Below, in pieces: positions 60,700-64,000 of a stretch of DNA of 64,000 nt. The notes beneath the pieces were generated by a model that was not told the origin of the DNA, made no database searches, and was given only the letters and a program-made list of their open reading frames with translations. Position 1 is the stretch's first letter, and each line of letters starts with the position of its first letter. The DNA is from Amoebophrya sp. A120 (lineage: Eukaryota; Protista; Dinoflagellata): positions 15,934,142 through 15,998,141 of the forward strand of contig CAJINV010000001.1 of assembly GCA_905178155.1 (NCBI GenBank), in the 5' to 3' direction. The translations under genes and the position numbers were made by a program.

Positions 60700-61815
60700 G
60701 GGTAAGTGGACTGTTTTTTGTTTGATAGAAGGTGATAATGGATCATGTCCCGCAAGGTCTGAAGCAAATTCTCAAAGTTCGACAGCAGGCCGAGGCGCGC
60801 GACTTGGTGAAACACTGCTTGCCCGTACTCCTCGAGCGCGTCCTGGTTGGTCATCCCCGTGGTCTTGGGGAACATGTCCAGCCATTCAAAACGCTCCAAA
60901 CGCGGCACTTGGTCCGGAAAGTGAGGCTGCGCCCACTGCGGATCCTTCCGGAGGTAGAGAACCTCCAGCGTGACGCCATGCCGCATCTCCTCATCCTCGG
61001 GCCGCAGAAAGGGCAGCAGAGTGGGAGACGTCAGGTCTCTACTTCCGAGCAAGTAGCTGTAGGCAGGCTCGCTGCTCCCACGCACACGAGGTTGCTGCGG
61101 CTCCCACCTCCCATCCTCGAGGTGGGCAACCTGGTTCACCGAAATTGTCGAGTCCGCCGTCGCTCTGCAAACAGAGTTCATCGTCATCTGATTGCTGCTA
61201 TGGATTGCAAACAAGTCTTGGTCTGGAAGGTCGGTGCTGCAACCTATGGTGCTAATTCTGGAACCCTGGAACCTAATTCTGGACAGCACAAGCACTCGTG
61301 TAGCATGAGCAGCCATAGTTCCTCATTTGTTCGCATGCAAGAACCGAATCTCTCATGCGGAATAGGCATTGAGTTTGAGTTGGAGAGGCCTTCGCATAAA
61401 CTATGCTTTTGCGTGCGTAGCAGGCCCTCTCTCCTCTGTCGCGGTCCACAAGATGCATGACAAACTCGCGCTCTTCCAGACACACACAGATTTGCGATTC
61501 ATAGCTGCCCGGAACCTGGACCTGCACCTGTTGGTCTTCACAGGGCCACTCGAGAAAGTAGCAGCTGCCGTCGCCGCTAAGCCCATTCGGCACACAGAAC
61601 ATCGTGGTCAGCACTTTATTCCCATGCTGCGTCAACCGCAGCGTTAGTGGCTGCAACGCCTTCGTGTACATTGTCATCGTCTCGTCGTAGACCTTCGCGA
61701 ACAGGGTCGCTGGGTAATCGGCAAAATATCGGTCGTTCTTGTACCCGTTTAGGGTTTGAGTTCGCAGCTGATAGGCGGCAGCGGGGCGCAACCAGAGGGT
61801 GCCGATGGCACTATC
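60700..61815 (-). CDS. Probable internal exons of a hypothetical gene
   Basis: ORFs 60609-61316 and 61273-61791 are protein-like with GC3 bias; acceptor TTTTCGGTAG at ~61816; an intron near 61270-61400 is needed to join them. Confidence 0.5.
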
Positions 61816-62141
61816 CTACCGAAAAGTAGAACACCCATACCGTATCAGACGACACTTTTGACGCAGTTTATTTAAATACCATGACTGATGGCGCTCGGCA
61901 TGAAAAGGGGGGCAGTCCTCAACATACGAGCAATTGACATTATTAATAGATCCAAATTAGGGGAGGGGACCCCAATACCCAATGGCAGTGAGAACAGTTT
62001 TTTTGTGTAAAAAGCGGCTTGCTTTTACTGTGGTGGTCTGTTCAGCAATACAAATCTTCTTGGTACCTCTCTGATCCCTTTTCCGCATGATCACAGTCTC
62101 TATATCTCTGCATGGCAGATAATGTTCGTCCTTCTTGCGGA

Positions 62142-63215
62142 TCAGCACCACAAACTTTTGTGTGCTGCCAGAAAAGCAGCAGCGCTAAGTATGTATTTTG
62201 ATTTTCGTCCAGTGTGGGTGTCCTTATTTTCTGCAGGATAGGGACGGCAGGCCTCACCTTGCGAATAGTCGTTGACGTACCAGCCCCGCAGCCGCAGAGA
62301 GCACTCCGCTGGCGCGAGCGGCTCATCCAGGCCATCCGTGTTTTGCGAGACCGGGTTCCCGCTGGCATCCATCTTGCGATACAGATTCAGCGGGGCACTC
62401 ACGTGAACTCGCACAAGCGAAGGCATCGAATAGCCTTTCGAGTATTCATTCTTTTCACGGAGGATCCTATCCAAGTCCCAGGGCTGCATTTCGGCTTGGA
62501 ATGCGGGCCCGGAAAAGGCTGCCCACCCGTCTTGCCACTGCCACGTTTGCACCAGGTTGGCGTATTCCTTGTAGCTCTCCCACGGCTCGTGCGTGTAGTA
62601 GTCATTCAGAAACGGTGCGGGGTCGGTGGTCTGCTGGGACGTGAAGCTGCTGCCCACGTGCAAATAGGACCCGGGCGGCACCATAAGGTAGCCTTGCGCT
62701 GCCGTTTGTTGGTTCGCATCGAATGCCATCAGCCCGCTCGCGGAGGTCCCCGCGGCGGCCCCCGCCACCGCCCGGCCGGAGCCCGTTCCGGTCGTAATCG
62801 AATCCTCGACGCAGCCGACGCACCGCTTCTGCACCCAGGACTCCGGCGGATCCTCGGTGTGTGGCGGCCGCATGGCAAACACGCGCGCCTTGTACCGCGC
62901 AAAGGCGGCAGAAGAGGCCGAGGTCGGCGAGAACGGCTTGTCGTTCTCCTCCTCAAGAAAAGCCCCCCCCGAGCTCCTGCTACTTGTGCGGTTATTTGCT
63001 GTTCCGTCAAGTAAACTGGGGAGCCCGGTCATTTCAACGTCCTCCTGCTCGTCCTCGCGAATGCCGGGGCGGTCGCTGTGGTAGTGCGATGTGGAGTACG
63101 CATCGGCGTTGTGCACACGAAGGCTCACCCCCAAAATCAGGCGGAGGCCAGCACCGACCATCAACACCTTCCGCAAGGGGGACGGAAATCTGTTGAAAGT
63201 AAGTCGCGTCGTCAT
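62142..63215 (-). CDS. Putative secreted hypothetical protein, probably the first exon of the 54-63 kb gene(s)
   Basis: ATG at 63215 (MTTRL...), hydrophobic VLMVGAGLRLILGVSLRVHNA signal-like segment, then a low-complexity pro-like region with AFLEEE and an aromatic-rich globular region. Confidence 0.65.
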   Translation of the reverse strand: MTTRLTFNRFPSPLRKVLMVGAGLRLILGVSLRVHNADAYSTSHYHSDRPGIREDEQEDVEMTGLPSLLDGTANNRTSSRSSGGAFLEEENDKPFSPTSASSAAFARYKARVFAMRPPHTEDPPESWVQKRCVGCVEDSITTGTGSGRAVAGAAAGTSASGLMAFDANQQTAAQGYLMVPPGSYLHVGSSFTSQQTTDPAPFLNDYYTHEPWESYKEYANLVQTWQWQDGWAAFSGPAFQAEMQPWDLDRILREKNEYSKGYSMPSLVRVHVSAPLNLYRKMDASGNPVSQNTDGLDEPLAPAECSLRLRGWYVNDYSQGEACRPYPAENKDTHTGRKSKYILSAAAFLAAHKSLWC

Positions 63216-64000
63216 CTTCGAGAGTTTACTTATTTTCAAGGTCGTCGGTACTGCCAGGAATTCAGCTACGCGCAACCGCTGTTCTACTTCGGTAGGCGAC
63301 CGACGGGAGTGTTAAATTCACTTGTCACTTGGCGTACTTAGTTCTCCTCCGCACGTAGAGACGCATGGATGATCGCTCCTCCATGTGATTGTGGTATTGT
63401 TCCATTTTCGTGCACACGCTGGCAAGTTGTAAGTTTGGGAACTAATGTTTAAAGTTATGGGGTAATGAAGATATCGAAAAAACTAAAAGTTGTTTTCAAA
63501 CTTTATTTACACTGAAAAAGTACTTCAAAGGTCGAAAGCGGGGAAGCAAACTTTTACTTTTGCTGTTGTGCGGGTCGGAAGGAAAAAAAAAATAGACATC
63601 CGAACGGGAAGAAGAGCGGCACTTTGAATCATGCTCGATGGGCTTTATGAACGATGAGGCGAGTGCCACGATTTTGCACGAATCAATAACAGTAAAGCGG
63701 TCGCACGGGCCTGTGTTGAACGACAAAAGCTATCATCTTCTTCATGCAAAAGGCAATTCAATGTGCCGTGGACTTCCAATCATCTGACGCACGTACGAAG
63801 CATTGCAACGTCCACCGAAGAGCGACAGCTAGTGCTGTGCGAGTGATGAAATCTGTTCGAATAAATCCAAATTTGTCAACCGACTTAACAGTAACGAGGC
63901 GCTAAACAGAGTTGCAAACTTCGACAGTATTTTCAGGACCGAGGAGCATCACAACTGCGGAGCCACGGAAATACCGACAGCTGGGTTGGATCAAAACCGA

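Overview
Eukaryotic genomic DNA, most likely from a syndinian dinoflagellate such as Amoebophrya (inferred from all genes lying on one strand, short introns, and introns that are TIR + 5-bp-TSD elements). Every credible gene is on the minus strand. From left to right: (1) a >2,400-aa type-II membrane protein, open at the window edge, with EF-hands on both sides of its TM helix and clusters of RR(x)L motifs between Cys-rich domains, which looks like a processed polyprotein; (2) a 473-aa hypothetical protein; (3) an unexplained ~1.1-kb GC-rich island; (4) a ~5,500-aa full-size ABCA transporter inflated by low-complexity inserts; (5) a 73-aa SSMKK-repeat basic micro-protein resembling a DVNP tail with no DVNP core; (6) a ~2,200-aa mucin-like type-I membrane protein with internal duplications; (7) a four-domain voltage-gated Ca2+ channel (EEEE filter, 5 exons); (8) a 5'-truncated RTE-like LINE with a 14-bp TSD and (TGA)4 tail; (9) one or more poorly resolved multi-exon lineage-specific genes at 54-63 kb. 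Four introns are MITE-like introners (TAT...ATA termini, 5-bp TSD); three of them cannot be spliced as GT-AG. A T-shaped palindrome lies at ~60.4 kb. No rRNA, tRNA or CRISPR was recognised. Exon junctions were deduced by hand from reading-frame continuity.
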